A stretch of 64,000 nucleotides of DNA from a virus (taxonomy: Duplodnaviria > Caudoviricetes), in the IMG/VR virus record IMGVR_UViG_3300033483_000001, positions 402 to 64,401 of that record. One strand, 5' to 3'. How positions within the stretch are numbered: position 1 is the stretch's first letter; every line of letters begins with the position of its first letter. The notes beneath the pieces are model-generated. The model saw nothing but the letters and a program-made list of their open reading frames with translations. It was not told the origin of the DNA and did not search any database. Below are positions 46,399 through 55,942 of the stretch, piece after piece. Both the position numbers and the translations under genes were made by a program.

Positions 46399-46927
46399 GA
46401 ATGGCAACATCACTGTACTGCTGGCCGCACCAAAAAGGCTGCGACCCCACCAAGCCGAAGACGTTCAAGCCGGACTGTCCAAAGTGCCAAGCCCTGCTCG
46501 CCGAAGGCAAGCGCACCGGGCACGAGCCGCACCCGTCTGAAGTCTACCTGTCGAGCTTCGTGGCGAAGCGCCGCAAACGCGAGTCGTCCGAGTCGTTCAA
46601 GAAGCACGTTGAGACGGTGAAGGCGATCAACAAGGCTAGGACGGCTGACCCATGTTACCGTCGGTGTGGCCCGTGACGTACTGGGAGCGCAGAACGATTC
46701 AACGTCGCGAAGCTGGCGTGTGCCTTCGCTGCCCGAATGGACGGCAGACTCCTGTGCAACCTGGCGAGCAAACGTGCGCAACGTGCAGAGATGCCCGCAA
46801 GCGCATAGACCAGCGTCGGAAGGAGCGAGCCGTGCGAGAACGACTGTGCAGCCGGTGCCGGAAGAGGCCGGCCGGAGATGGGTACACGTGCGAGGTTTGC
46901 CTCGCTAGAAGGAGGACAGCAGCGTGA
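46399..46927 (+). CDS. two small Cys-rich hypothetical genes
   Basis: about 46399-46676 and 46652-46927. Confidence 0.5.
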
Positions 46928-47331
46928 GCCCGCGCCTTCGCGCCGAAATTCAGGAGACGTTCTTTTTCGTGGCCTCGGAGAAAGGCCTGGACGCCGCGAT
47001 CGATGCTGCCGCTCGAGCAGGTGCCGACGCGCACATGGAAATCCACAGAACCGTTCCGCAGCTCGTTCGTAGGATTGCGGCATACCTCGACGTGTCGGTT
47101 GAGCAACTCAGACGCGGATCTCGAGGCGGACGCAAAACGTCCACTGAGCGCCACCTCGCCCTGTGGGTGCTCCGCCAACTCGGCTACAGCTACCCAGACG
47201 CGGCCAGAGCAGTCGGGTTTCGCGAGCACACGGCTGCGATGCACGGAGTACGCCGGGTGCAGAACTCGCCCGAGCTGCTAGACCGCGCGCAACGAATGCT
47301 CGCCGTCGTCGGGCACGTCGAAATCCGTTGA
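46924..47331 (+). CDS. DnaA domain IV-like DNA-binding protein
   Basis: IAAYLDVSVEQLRRGSR...RHLALWVLRQLGYSYPDAARAVGFREHTAAMHGVRRV matches the DnaA C-terminal HTH pattern. Confidence 0.75.
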   Translation: MSPRLRAEIQETFFFVASEKGLDAAIDAAARAGADAHMEIHRTVPQLVRRIAAYLDVSVEQLRRGSRGGRKTSTERHLALWVLRQLGYSYPDAARAVGFREHTAAMHGVRRVQNSPELLDRAQRMLAVVGHVEIR

Positions 47332-47399
47332 CCGCGCGGCCGTGATGTGCAATAGTGGCGGTGTCGAGATGCATGTTTCCCATTGTCAACACTTGAGTA

Positions 47400-47467
47400 G
47401 AGCCGCCCTCCCCCAGTGGGCATGCGTCTCGACAACCTCGTTCGTTGGGTTGACGGGCGGTTCTTTT
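47400..47467 (+). terminator. long hairpin plus U-tract in the leader of the replication genes
   Basis: GAGCCGCCC...GGGCGGTTC-TTTT. Confidence 0.45.
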
Positions 47468-47478
47468 GAGGTGTTGAC

Positions 47479-48228
47479 GTGACGTCTGTCCCGTGGATTC
47501 GGCTCTACACATCGTGGCCACGCCATCGCAAGACCATGGCTTTACGCAGGATGCTAGGCACAGCGGAGCCGATCTTGGCACTCTGGTGTTGGGCTGCAGA
47601 GAACGCGCCAGACGGGAATCTAGGACGGATGACTCCAGACGAAATCGAATTCGCTGCCGAATGGCGTGGCGAGCGAAGCAAGTGTTTCGATGCGATGTTA
47701 GCAGTCGGTTACGTCGATATTAGCGCTAACGGCGAACATGTGTTGCACGAATGGACCGACGGCTCAGGGGCTGGAGTGGCGGCATACCTCAGGCGTACAG
47801 AGAAGCAGCGCGATCTGATGCGGAAGGTTCGAGCCAACGCCTCCGGATCCAGATCCGGATCCAGATCAGAAGAAGAAGAAGAAGTAGATGGGCACGCCAA
47901 CGTTGGTGCTAACGTTAGCGCTAACAGAAAGAAGAGAGCGAAGCCAGCCGTTGGCTCTGCGGCATTTGAGGCCTTCTATTCAGCCTACCCGCGCCACGTA
48001 GCAAAGCAGGCGGCTGTCAAAGCCTGGCCAGGTGACGACCTTGCCACGAAGATCATGGCGGCGCTGGAATGGCAGGCGCCAGAGTTCAGCAAGCGCGAGC
48101 CTGACAAGATTCCCCACCCTGCGACGTGGCTCAACGGGAAGCGTTGGGAGGACGAGAAGACTACGAACAAGCCAAAGCCCACCAAGCCATCCGAAACCCC
48201 GTTCTTCTGGCCGGACGCAACACGATGA
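47479..48228 (+). CDS. phage replication initiator / replisome organiser
   Basis: N-terminal WIRL...RHRK and C-terminal FEAFYSAYPRH...HPATWLNGKRWEDE; precedes DnaB. Confidence 0.8.
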   Translation: MTSVPWIRLYTSWPRHRKTMALRRMLGTAEPILALWCWAAENAPDGNLGRMTPDEIEFAAEWRGERSKCFDAMLAVGYVDISANGEHVLHEWTDGSGAGVAAYLRRTEKQRDLMRKVRANASGSRSGSRSEEEEEVDGHANVGANVSANRKKRAKPAVGSAAFEAFYSAYPRHVAKQAAVKAWPGDDLATKIMAALEWQAPEFSKREPDKIPHPATWLNGKRWEDEKTTNKPKPTKPSETPFFWPDATR

Positions 48229-49637
48229 ACGACGACGCACGAACGCCACCACGAAGCGAAGCCGCAGAGCGGGCGCTTCTCGGCACCGTCATCATCGCCC
48301 CGGAGTGCCTGCCAGAGCTTTCCGACTTGGCGGTTGACGACTTCTTCGCCCCCCCACATCGGGCAGTCTGGGAATGCATACGCTCGCTCCAGAGGCGAGG
48401 GAAAGTCGTCAACGTGGTATCCATCCAGGACGAAGCCCGCGCGCAAGGGTGCGTGGCTGCGTTGCCTGAGCGCGAAGGTTTTCTGCTAACCCTAGCCAAC
48501 GAGGCGTTGCCCCCAGTCCACCTTCGCAGCCACTACGAGACGATCCGCAAAATGGCCACCCTGCGCAGGATCATCGGGCTTTGCTCGGAGACGGCGGCGC
48601 GATCTTACTCGATGGAGGACGCCGACGACGTGATTGCCGGCATCAGGAATGGCGTCGCTAGCCTGGAAGTCAGCTCGAATAGCGCCGGGCCAGAGCGCCT
48701 AGCCGACTTGATCGATCCTGCCATCACCGAGATCGAAAGCCGAACCAACCGGAATGGAGAGCACGTCGTCAGGGCAGGGATCGCTTCCGTCGACGAGATA
48801 ACCGGAGGGTTCAGGCGCGGGCACTTTGGCGTGATCGGTGGGCTACCATCCATGGGCAAGACGGCTGCTGCTGTAGGAGTACTCGCATACAACGCGCTCA
48901 ACGCAGTCCCATGCTACCTGATAAGCCTGGAGATGGACCGGCAGGAGGTGGTCGAGCGCATCTTGTCCATGCGTTCTCGGGTGGCTGCAACCAACCTGCA
49001 CACCGGGAAGTTTTCCGACCTGTCCGAGTGGGAGAAGGTGAAGGCGGCCGGACGCAAGGCATGGGACTGGCCGTTGTGGGTTGACGATCGCCCTATGTCG
49101 GTGAACAAGATCATAGGCGAGACGCACCGTTGGTTTGCGAAGTGCGCCCGCGCTTGCCGGCCAGATGATCCGAATCCAATCGCGCTGGTTGTGGTTGACT
49201 ACCTTGGCTTGATCTTGTCCGATGAACGGGCAGAGAACCGCAACCGAGAGATCGCCAAGATGGCGCAGTCCCTGAAGGGGCTAGCGAAGGAACTTCGCAT
49301 CCCTGTGATCTCCCTTGCTCAACTCAACCGCAAGGTGCTCGAACGAGGAGGCGAGCCGACGATGGCAGACCTGCGCGATTCCGGCGAGCTTGAGGCGGCC
49401 GCTCAGGTCATCATCTTCCCGTGGCGCGAGCAGCACTTGAAGCCATCGGAAGGCGCGGTTGTCCCATACCAGCCGGAAGACGCTAAATGGATCATCGCCA
49501 AAAACACTGGAGGGCGTAGGGGGAGCGCGCCTGTTCTCTGGCACCGAGAGCGGATGGAATTCACAGATCTTGACAACAGGTTCCCAAGGGAGCCGACGCA
49601 ACCATACAGCGAAAGAGGGGAACGAGACGATGGGTGA
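48225..49637 (+). CDS. dnaB: replicative DNA helicase
   Basis: GGLPSMGKT, LISLEM, VVVDYLGL, LAQLNR and DLRDSGELE motifs; ATG at 48225 overlaps upstream stop. Confidence 0.95.
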   Translation: MNDDARTPPRSEAAERALLGTVIIAPECLPELSDLAVDDFFAPPHRAVWECIRSLQRRGKVVNVVSIQDEARAQGCVAALPEREGFLLTLANEALPPVHLRSHYETIRKMATLRRIIGLCSETAARSYSMEDADDVIAGIRNGVASLEVSSNSAGPERLADLIDPAITEIESRTNRNGEHVVRAGIASVDEITGGFRRGHFGVIGGLPSMGKTAAAVGVLAYNALNAVPCYLISLEMDRQEVVERILSMRSRVAATNLHTGKFSDLSEWEKVKAAGRKAWDWPLWVDDRPMSVNKIIGETHRWFAKCARACRPDDPNPIALVVVDYLGLILSDERAENRNREIAKMAQSLKGLAKELRIPVISLAQLNRKVLERGGEPTMADLRDSGELEAAAQVIIFPWREQHLKPSEGAVVPYQPEDAKWIIAKNTGGRRGSAPVLWHRERMEFTDLDNRFPREPTQPYSERGERDDG

Positions 49638-50015
49638 TGACTTGAGGAATCCAGTGCTGCGAACCATGATCACGATCTACGAGGTGCCGCATGGATGGCG
49701 CTACCGAGTCGGCCTGCGCGACGATGGAAACTACATGCATGCACAGGATGCTTTCTGGGCTGCAGAGAACTGGCTGAAGTCTCACCCAGAAGCGAATGTG
49801 GTGCGCGAATGACCACCGAATACCGAATCGAGTACAGGGACGCAGACGATGAGCCTGGGCTGTGGTACCCGTACAACGCTCCTACAGAGTCGCCAGAAGA
49901 GAGCTTCGAGACCGCCACGACGGCGCCGGAGATGGACTACCCAAACAACCGGAGCATCGTCGAATGGCGTCTAGTCAAGGTGACGACCGAAGTAGTAAGG
50001 ACCGCAACACGATAA
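49630..50015 (+). CDS. two small hypothetical genes
   Basis: 49630-49812 and 49809-50015, coupled. Confidence 0.5.
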
Positions 50016-50023
50016 AGGAAAGC

Positions 50024-50377
50024 ATGACCGAAGACAAGACAGGAACAGGATTCACGTTCACGGGCACAGGGCGGGTGATCCGCACCGATACGTTCACCGC
50101 GAAGTCTGGTAAGGACATCGTCACGCTGATAGTCGAGTGTGACGGAGGAAAGTTCACAGAGATAGTCCCGATCAAGGTGTGGGGAGGGCTTGCAGAGAAG
50201 TCGAAGGAGCTCAAGCCTGGAACTATCGTGGCGGTATCAGGTAGGCTCGGAGGCCGCGACTGGAAAGGGAAGGTGTTCGGTGACAACGTGGCAGAGTCAG
50301 TCGAGGTTGTCGGAGAGCGGACGAATAAGTCTACGAACGATTCTCCACAACAGGTGGATGACGAGATTCCGTTCTAG
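50024..50377 (+). CDS. ssb: single-stranded DNA-binding protein (divergent OB fold)
   Basis: VAVSGRLGGRDW and acidic C-terminal DDEIPF tail. Confidence 0.75.
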   Translation: MTEDKTGTGFTFTGTGRVIRTDTFTAKSGKDIVTLIVECDGGKFTEIVPIKVWGGLAEKSKELKPGTIVAVSGRLGGRDWKGKVFGDNVAESVEVVGERTNKSTNDSPQQVDDEIPF

Positions 50378-50380
50378 GAG

Positions 50381-51317
50381 ATGGGACAAATGGAAGAGAT
50401 CAAAATCATAGACGTCACCCCTGGGCCGTACACAGTGCTAGACGTTGGGCACGGTGTCTATGTGAAGGGGAAGGACGGAGTTGCAATCGCATTTGTGTCA
50501 GCTTCGATGGTTTCACCAGGCCATAGCATCTCGCTAGAAGAGGCACGCGCCAACGCGGAGTTCATCGCCGAGGCGCTACGACAAAACGAAAGGAAGGCAA
50601 AATGAAGAAGCCGAAATCAAGCAGGACGATCACAAAACACGAGACGTGGACAGCAAGGCCTGGAAGGTCTGATTTCTCCGTATGGATCGAATGGGACGTG
50701 ATAGAGCGGATCGGAGATCGTGACGCCAGGGTCACACAAGCTCTTCACGCGGATGACGTTCACCCTAAAGACCGCGCGCAGTTCGAGGCGATCATATGGA
50801 TCGGGGACAACATCCGTAGTCAACTCCAGTGCATCGTCGAACAGCACTTGGCTAGAAAAGCGCACAAGAGGGCAACATGAAGGACGCAGAATTCCGAGCA
50901 GAGTTGAAGTCCGCTAAGCTGACATTCAGAGAGGTGGAAGGGAATCCGATACGACGGGTTGAGTTCTCGCTGTGCTGTGAATTCACCGTCGAGGCGGCCG
51001 AGTGGCTTGGCGCCGTTGCACTCAACCAGCGAGACCTGATGGTCAACGGAGACGTCGAGAAGTTCACGGCCGATATTTCCGCCTACCACGCTAAAGCCTC
51101 GCTTTCAGGCACAGGAGGGAACGTTGAATTAGAGCCAGACGGAATCCTCGCGTCTGCAACCACGAAGGCCGGAAAGGGTGAAGATGGCGAGCCCACCTAC
51201 TGGGTGACGTTCACCTTCGAGGCGTACCCGCACGCGTCGTTGTTGACGTTCCTCGCTGCATGTCTGAAAGAGTACATAGATTGTGACTTCAAACGTGTTC
51301 AACTGGAGTGTGCGTAA
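50381..51317 (+). CDS. three hypothetical genes
   Basis: 50381-50605, 50602-50880, 50877-51317. Confidence 0.6.
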
Positions 51318-52183
51318 TGGCGTATCTACACATAGAGAACCTGTATCGCAACAAGGCGATCCTGATGTTCAAGGAGTGCTGGGCGATGGAGAAAGTCCAC
51401 GGCACTTCGGCTCACATTGCATGGCGCGACGGTCACGTGACGTTCTTCGCTGGCGGCGCCAAACACGATGACTTCGTCGCGCTGTTCGACGCCGAGAAGC
51501 TGACCGCCGCATTCACGGAGCTTGGTCACCTGGAGGTGGTCGTCTACGGGGAAGCCTACGGAGGTAAGATTAACGGGCAGTCGTGGCGCTACGGGAAGGC
51601 GCTTAGGTTCGTGGCATTCGAGGTCAAGATCGGAGAGACGTTCTTGAGCGTGGAAAACGCCTATGACGTGGCGACGCGTCTTGGATTCTCGTTCGTGTTC
51701 TATAGGCTCATTCGGTGTTCACTCAAAAACATCGACGCCGAGAGAGACGCTCCTTCCGAGGAAGCTCGAAGGGCTGGAATCGCCGAGGAACGCCCGCGCG
51801 AGGGGGTGGTTCTGCGCCCGATCGTGGAAGCCACGTTGAACGGCCACCGAGTGATCGCAAAGCACAAGCGCGACGAAGAACGCGAGACCAAGAGCCCGCG
51901 CGTTGTCACCAGCGTAGACGGGTTCGCGATTCTTGAAGGTGCCGAGAAGATCGCTACCGAATGGGTGACGCCCACTAGGTTGCAGCACGTGCTTGACCAT
52001 CTCGGAGGCTCTCCGGGGATGGAGAAGACACCAGACGTGATCGCCGCCATGGTAGAAGACGTGACCCGAGAAGCGGCAGGGGAAATCGTCGACAGCAAGG
52101 AAGCGCGCAAGGCGATTGGACGTGCGACGGCTCTGCTGTTCAAGGAGCACCTGCGGAAGCAACTGGAGGAGTGTGCGACATGA
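51317..52183 (+). CDS. RNA ligase, Rnl2-like
   Basis: MEKVHGTS (motif I), VYGEAYG (III), FVAFEV (IIIa), REGVVLRP (IV) and IAKHK (V). Confidence 0.85.
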   Translation: MAYLHIENLYRNKAILMFKECWAMEKVHGTSAHIAWRDGHVTFFAGGAKHDDFVALFDAEKLTAAFTELGHLEVVVYGEAYGGKINGQSWRYGKALRFVAFEVKIGETFLSVENAYDVATRLGFSFVFYRLIRCSLKNIDAERDAPSEEARRAGIAEERPREGVVLRPIVEATLNGHRVIAKHKRDEERETKSPRVVTSVDGFAILEGAEKIATEWVTPTRLQHVLDHLGGSPGMEKTPDVIAAMVEDVTREAAGEIVDSKEARKAIGRATALLFKEHLRKQLEECAT

Positions 52184-53136
52184 TGACCGCTGACGACATC
52201 GTTGGGTTGATGCCATCGCCAGCGAGGCCAGATCACGAGATCGAACATCTTGAGGTGTGCACGCTACGTGAGCTGCTGGCCATGGCGGCGGCATTCGAGC
52301 GAATCGCAGTCGTAGCGCTATGGAACTTCGGCGCACCAGAGATTGGGCTGACGGCATATCGAGTTGTCCGCGACTTTGAAACCGCCGCCGCGAAAGGGTT
52401 CAAGCCGTGACCGACACAGAATACAATGCTCTTTGGGAGAGGGTCTCTTCTCGCATGCGCAAAGGCGGCGTGTGGGTCAAGGCGTTGGTAGACTTGATCG
52501 CAGAGAAATGCGTGCGCGAAGTTGAGTTGGACAGGAAGAGGCGCGGGAAGAAAGCGAAGGCAAAGTCGTGAGCAAGCCGCACAGGATTGGCAGGAAGACG
52601 ACGACCGTGTATTGGGTGTGCGAGTCCAACGGATCCGCTTGGGGTGATCCTTGCTGGAAGTCAGCGAGGGATGCCGTCGAATGGTGCAAGGCAAGGCCGC
52701 ACCTGAAAGCACCGACGATCTACGTCCAGACGTTCCCGCGCTGGCAGAAAGCGAAGTGGCAGCCGTGACGAAAGAACAGCTGCACATCCTTCAACATTCG
52801 CTCGGCGTCGACGAGCACGGTCGTGGCAATCAGTACCGCAACCACTACGTTGCCGAGCCATTCACCGCCATGGAGGAGTTGGTCGCCGCCGGTCTCATGC
52901 GCGACTGTGGGGATGGAAAACCAGGATTCATCGGCAAAGGCATGCACACGTACCAAGTCACAGAGGCCGGGAAGCTGGCGATGATCGAGAATAGTCCGCT
53001 GCCACGGCGACTCACGCGAAGCCAGAAGCGATACCGAGAGTATCTCAACGAGGACGGATGCATGAAGTTCGGCGAATGGTTGCGGTGCCAGAAGAACATA
53101 CGAGAGGAACAGATGATTGGCAGGAGGCAAACATGA
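52171..53136 (+). CDS. cluster of small hypothetical genes
   Basis: 52171-52410, 52568-52768, 52765-53136 and a short ORF between. Confidence 0.55.
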
Positions 53137-53224
53137 CGACAGACGAATTGATAGCAACTATTTTGACAGTGCTATTGGTTGGATGCTTTGTTCTAATGCT
53201 TGTTGCTGACCACATGAGGATGCG

Positions 53225-53707
53225 ATGAGGCTTCTGCTGATCATACTTGCGCTAGCGTGGGCAGGGCTGCTGGTGTGCATTCCATCTCGCCCTGGCAACG
53301 CCGCCACGACGACTGAGCGCGCGCTTTCCGTCGCGTGCCCAGGGCACGAGCACCTAGCGCCGATCGTGGACGCGGCGGCCAGGAGGCACATGGTATCTCG
53401 CCTGACCATCGTGGCTCAAATCTTGTGCGAGTCTCGCTGCCGTGCCGGAGCGATCGGACGCTCCGGAGAGGTTGGCCTGATGCAGTTGCATGGCGTGGCG
53501 GCGAACGGGCTGACCCTATTCGAGCTTGTGCAGCCTCGCCACAACATCGACACCGGTGCTCGGTGGTTGAGCCTGCGCGAGCGAGACTGCGGAGGGAAGG
53601 TGGCCGGGTTGTCAGGCTACAACTCCAGGACGTGCACGGGAGGCAAGCGCTACGCTCGCAAGGTTCTGTCAACGGTCGAATGGATGAGAAAGGAGATCGG
53701 AAAATGA
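53225..53707 (+). CDS. lytic transglycosylase (SLT domain) with N-terminal signal/anchor
   Basis: ILCES catalytic Glu, GEVGLMQL and NIDTGARWL motifs; hydrophobic N-terminus. Confidence 0.85.
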   Translation: MRLLLIILALAWAGLLVCIPSRPGNAATTTERALSVACPGHEHLAPIVDAAARRHMVSRLTIVAQILCESRCRAGAIGRSGEVGLMQLHGVAANGLTLFELVQPRHNIDTGARWLSLRERDCGGKVAGLSGYNSRTCTGGKRYARKVLSTVEWMRKEIGK

Positions 53708-54051
53708 ACTCATTCAGTGCATGGTGCGAGATGATGGCCGCAAGGTATACGAGAGGAGATCTCGAAGTGACGAAGAATGATCGGAAGATGAAGATGAGCG
53801 GGCTGCACAAGCACAGATTCGACGACAACCCAGAGGAACGGAGGTTTGCCGAGGCATGGCACATGTTCGGTGAGGCAACAGGGCATCTCGGCCACTTGCT
53901 TGACCAACGTCCAGAGCAAACAGGCCGTCCCCCCTCGCCGTCCGACAGAGACTTCGCAGTAGCCGCCACGGTGATTCAGTGGCTCGGCTCACCGGTTGGG
54001 CAGAACTGGCTTCGCGATTTGGGATACGTGCGCAAGGGCGGTGCGAAGTGA
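53704..54051 (+). CDS. hypothetical protein
   Basis: [18 protein letters not shown] motif common in phage proteins. Confidence 0.6.
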   Translation: MNSFSAWCEMMAARYTRGDLEVTKNDRKMKMSGLHKHRFDDNPEERRFAEAWHMFGEATGHLGHLLDQRPEQTGRPPSPSDRDFAVAATVIQWLGSPVGQNWLRDLGYVRKGGAK

Positions 54052-54476
54052 AAGTGAAGATCAAGCGGCTGACGCCAACGGCGAAGCTACCGACGTACCA
54101 GACCGACGGAGCGGCAGGGATGGACTTGTACGCGGACGAGGATGGAGAACTATGGCCAGGTCAGTGGCACGCAGTGAAGACCGGAGTGTCGATTGAAATA
54201 CCAACAGGGTACGAAGGGCAAGTGCGACCGCGATCCGGGCTGGCGTCTCGTTTCGGAGTGACTGTTGCTAATGCGCCAGGCACTATTGATAGCGATTTTA
54301 GGGGTCAAGTGTGCGTGCTATTGATCAATCACGGTGACATGTGGCGTATTAAACGCGGAGACCGAATCGCACAACTTGTGATTGCTCCCGTAGTGCGCGC
54401 GGATCTGGAAGAGGTTGCCTCGCTCGACGAGACTGCCCGTGGTGCTGGAGGATTCGGCAGCACCGGATCTCGCTGA
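54048..54476 (+). CDS. dut: trimeric dUTPase
   Basis: [25 protein letters not shown] and [10 protein letters not shown] motifs. Confidence 0.95.
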   Translation: MKVKIKRLTPTAKLPTYQTDGAAGMDLYADEDGELWPGQWHAVKTGVSIEIPTGYEGQVRPRSGLASRFGVTVANAPGTIDSDFRGQVCVLLINHGDMWRIKRGDRIAQLVIAPVVRADLEEVASLDETARGAGGFGSTGSR

Positions 54477-54573
54477 AAAAGCACGACCGTTCGTGCCGAA
54501 AATAGCGGTTGACAAGCGTGGGAAGATGACGGAAGATTCACGCGTAACGAAGAACAAGACGAGACGATCGACG

Positions 54574-55428
54574 ATGAAGAAACAGACAGACTACGTGCTG
54601 CCACCAGGAAAGGTCCTGGTGATGCGCACATGCGACAAGGACATGCGAGGCTATGGCGGTTTCCAGTGGCCTGAGTCAGGGCCGGTAGAATGCCCGGATT
54701 GGGATCCAGCGGTTCAGTGCGGAGGTGGGTTGCACGGATTGTTGTGGGGTGAGGGTTCAGGAGATCTTCTGGCGATAGACGAACCGGAGGCGAAGTGGCT
54801 AATCGTCGAAGTGGATTTTTCATACATCGTTGACCTTACTGCGACAGGCTCTGTAAAGTGTAAATTCCAGCGTGGCGTGGTCGTATTTGTTGGGAACCAA
54901 TACTCTGCGACGAAGTGGCTATCGGAGCACGGAGGGCAAGGGAGGGCGATCATCGGCGGCACGTCCACGGCTGGCCACCGTGGCACGGCCACGGCTGGCG
55001 ACGGCGGCACGTCCACGGCTGGCCACCGTGGCACGGCCACGGCTGGCGACGGCGGCACGTCCACGGCTGGCCACCGTGGCACGGCCACGGCTGGCCACCG
55101 TGGCACGGCCACGGCTGGCGACGGCGGCACGTCCACGGCTGGCATCGGCGGCACGTCCACGGCTGGCCACCGTGGCACGGCCACGGCTGGCGACGGCGGC
55201 ACGGCCACGGCTGGCGACGGCGGCACGGCCACGGCTGGCCACCGTGGCACGGCCACGGCTGGCGACGGCGGCACGGCGAAAACCGGTGAAGTCGGCATCA
55301 TCGTCCTGAGCTGGTGGGACAACAAATCCGAACGCTATCGACTATCCGTCGGGTACGTCGGAGAGGACGGGATCGAGGCAAACACGTTTTATCGCTGCGA
55401 CGACAGCGGGAAGTTGGTGAAGGCATGA
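54574..55428 (+). CDS. octapeptide-repeat protein
   Basis: N-domain GFQWPESG...CGGGLHG; 13 GT(S/A)TAG(HR/DG/IG) repeats; C-domain GYVGEDGIEANTFY. Confidence 0.85.
   Translation: MKKQTDYVLPPGKVLVMRTCDKDMRGYGGFQWPESGPVECPDWDPAVQCGGGLHGLLWGEGSGDLLAIDEPEAKWLIVEVDFSYIVDLTATGSVKCKFQRGVVVFVGNQYSATKWLSEHGGQGRAIIGGTSTAGHRGTATAGDGGTSTAGHRGTATAGDGGTSTAGHRGTATAGHRGTATAGDGGTSTAGIGGTSTAGHRGTATAGDGGTATAGDGGTATAGHRGTATAGDGGTAKTGEVGIIVLSWWDNKSERYRLSVGYVGEDGIEANTFYRCDDSGKLVKA
54958..55269. repeat. 13 x 24 bp tandem repeat array
   Basis: units GGCACG(T/G)CCACGGCTGGC plus CACCGT, GACGGC or ATCGGC. Confidence 0.95.
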
Positions 55429-55942
55429 CGAAGAACGCAATCCACGACCCGAACATGATCACGCGCATCGCAGGCGAGGCGCAGGTGGACAGGAAAACGG
55501 TGCAGAAATACTTCCGCGAACGAGCGGCAGGAGTTGAACCAACGACTCGGCCAGGAGGCCGCATGCGAATCGAGGCAGCGATCGACAAGCTGGCGAGAGG
55601 TAAGGCGCGATGATCGAGTGCGATTGCTCCGTAGACTCGTCAGAATATGAAGCTGCAAGGTGTTTTGCTACAGCCATCCGCAAGGCTCGCAAGAGATACT
55701 CGTGCTGCGAGTGTCACGAGACCATCGAACCTGGAAAGCGATACGAGCACGTGACAGGCATTGACTGCGATGGCGACGCTTTCGGGTTCAGAACTTGCCT
55801 GCCGTGCGCGGCGATTCGCAAACGCTACTGCCCTCATGGATACATCTGGGGCGATCTAGCGGAAACTATCAAGCCGTGCATCGGCTTCGATTACAGACTT
55901 CCACCGAGCGAGATACCAGACGATTCACAGGTGACGGCATGA
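55425..55942 (+). CDS. small HTH-like protein and Cys-rich protein
   Basis: 55425-55613 (IAGEAQVDRKTVQKY) and 55610-55942 (RKARKRYSCCEC...TCLPC). Confidence 0.6.

Noticed and set aside
54958-55269. Repeat array as a diversity-generating retroelement or as a true ice-nucleation gene
   Set aside because: No reverse transcriptase or adenine-specific TR/VR pair; far fewer repeats than InaZ-type proteins and no membrane anchor.
54714-55325. Alternative-frame repeat ORFs (His/Trp-rich, Arg-rich, Pro-rich)
   Set aside because: By-products of the 24 bp array; only the Thr/Gly frame has flanking domains.
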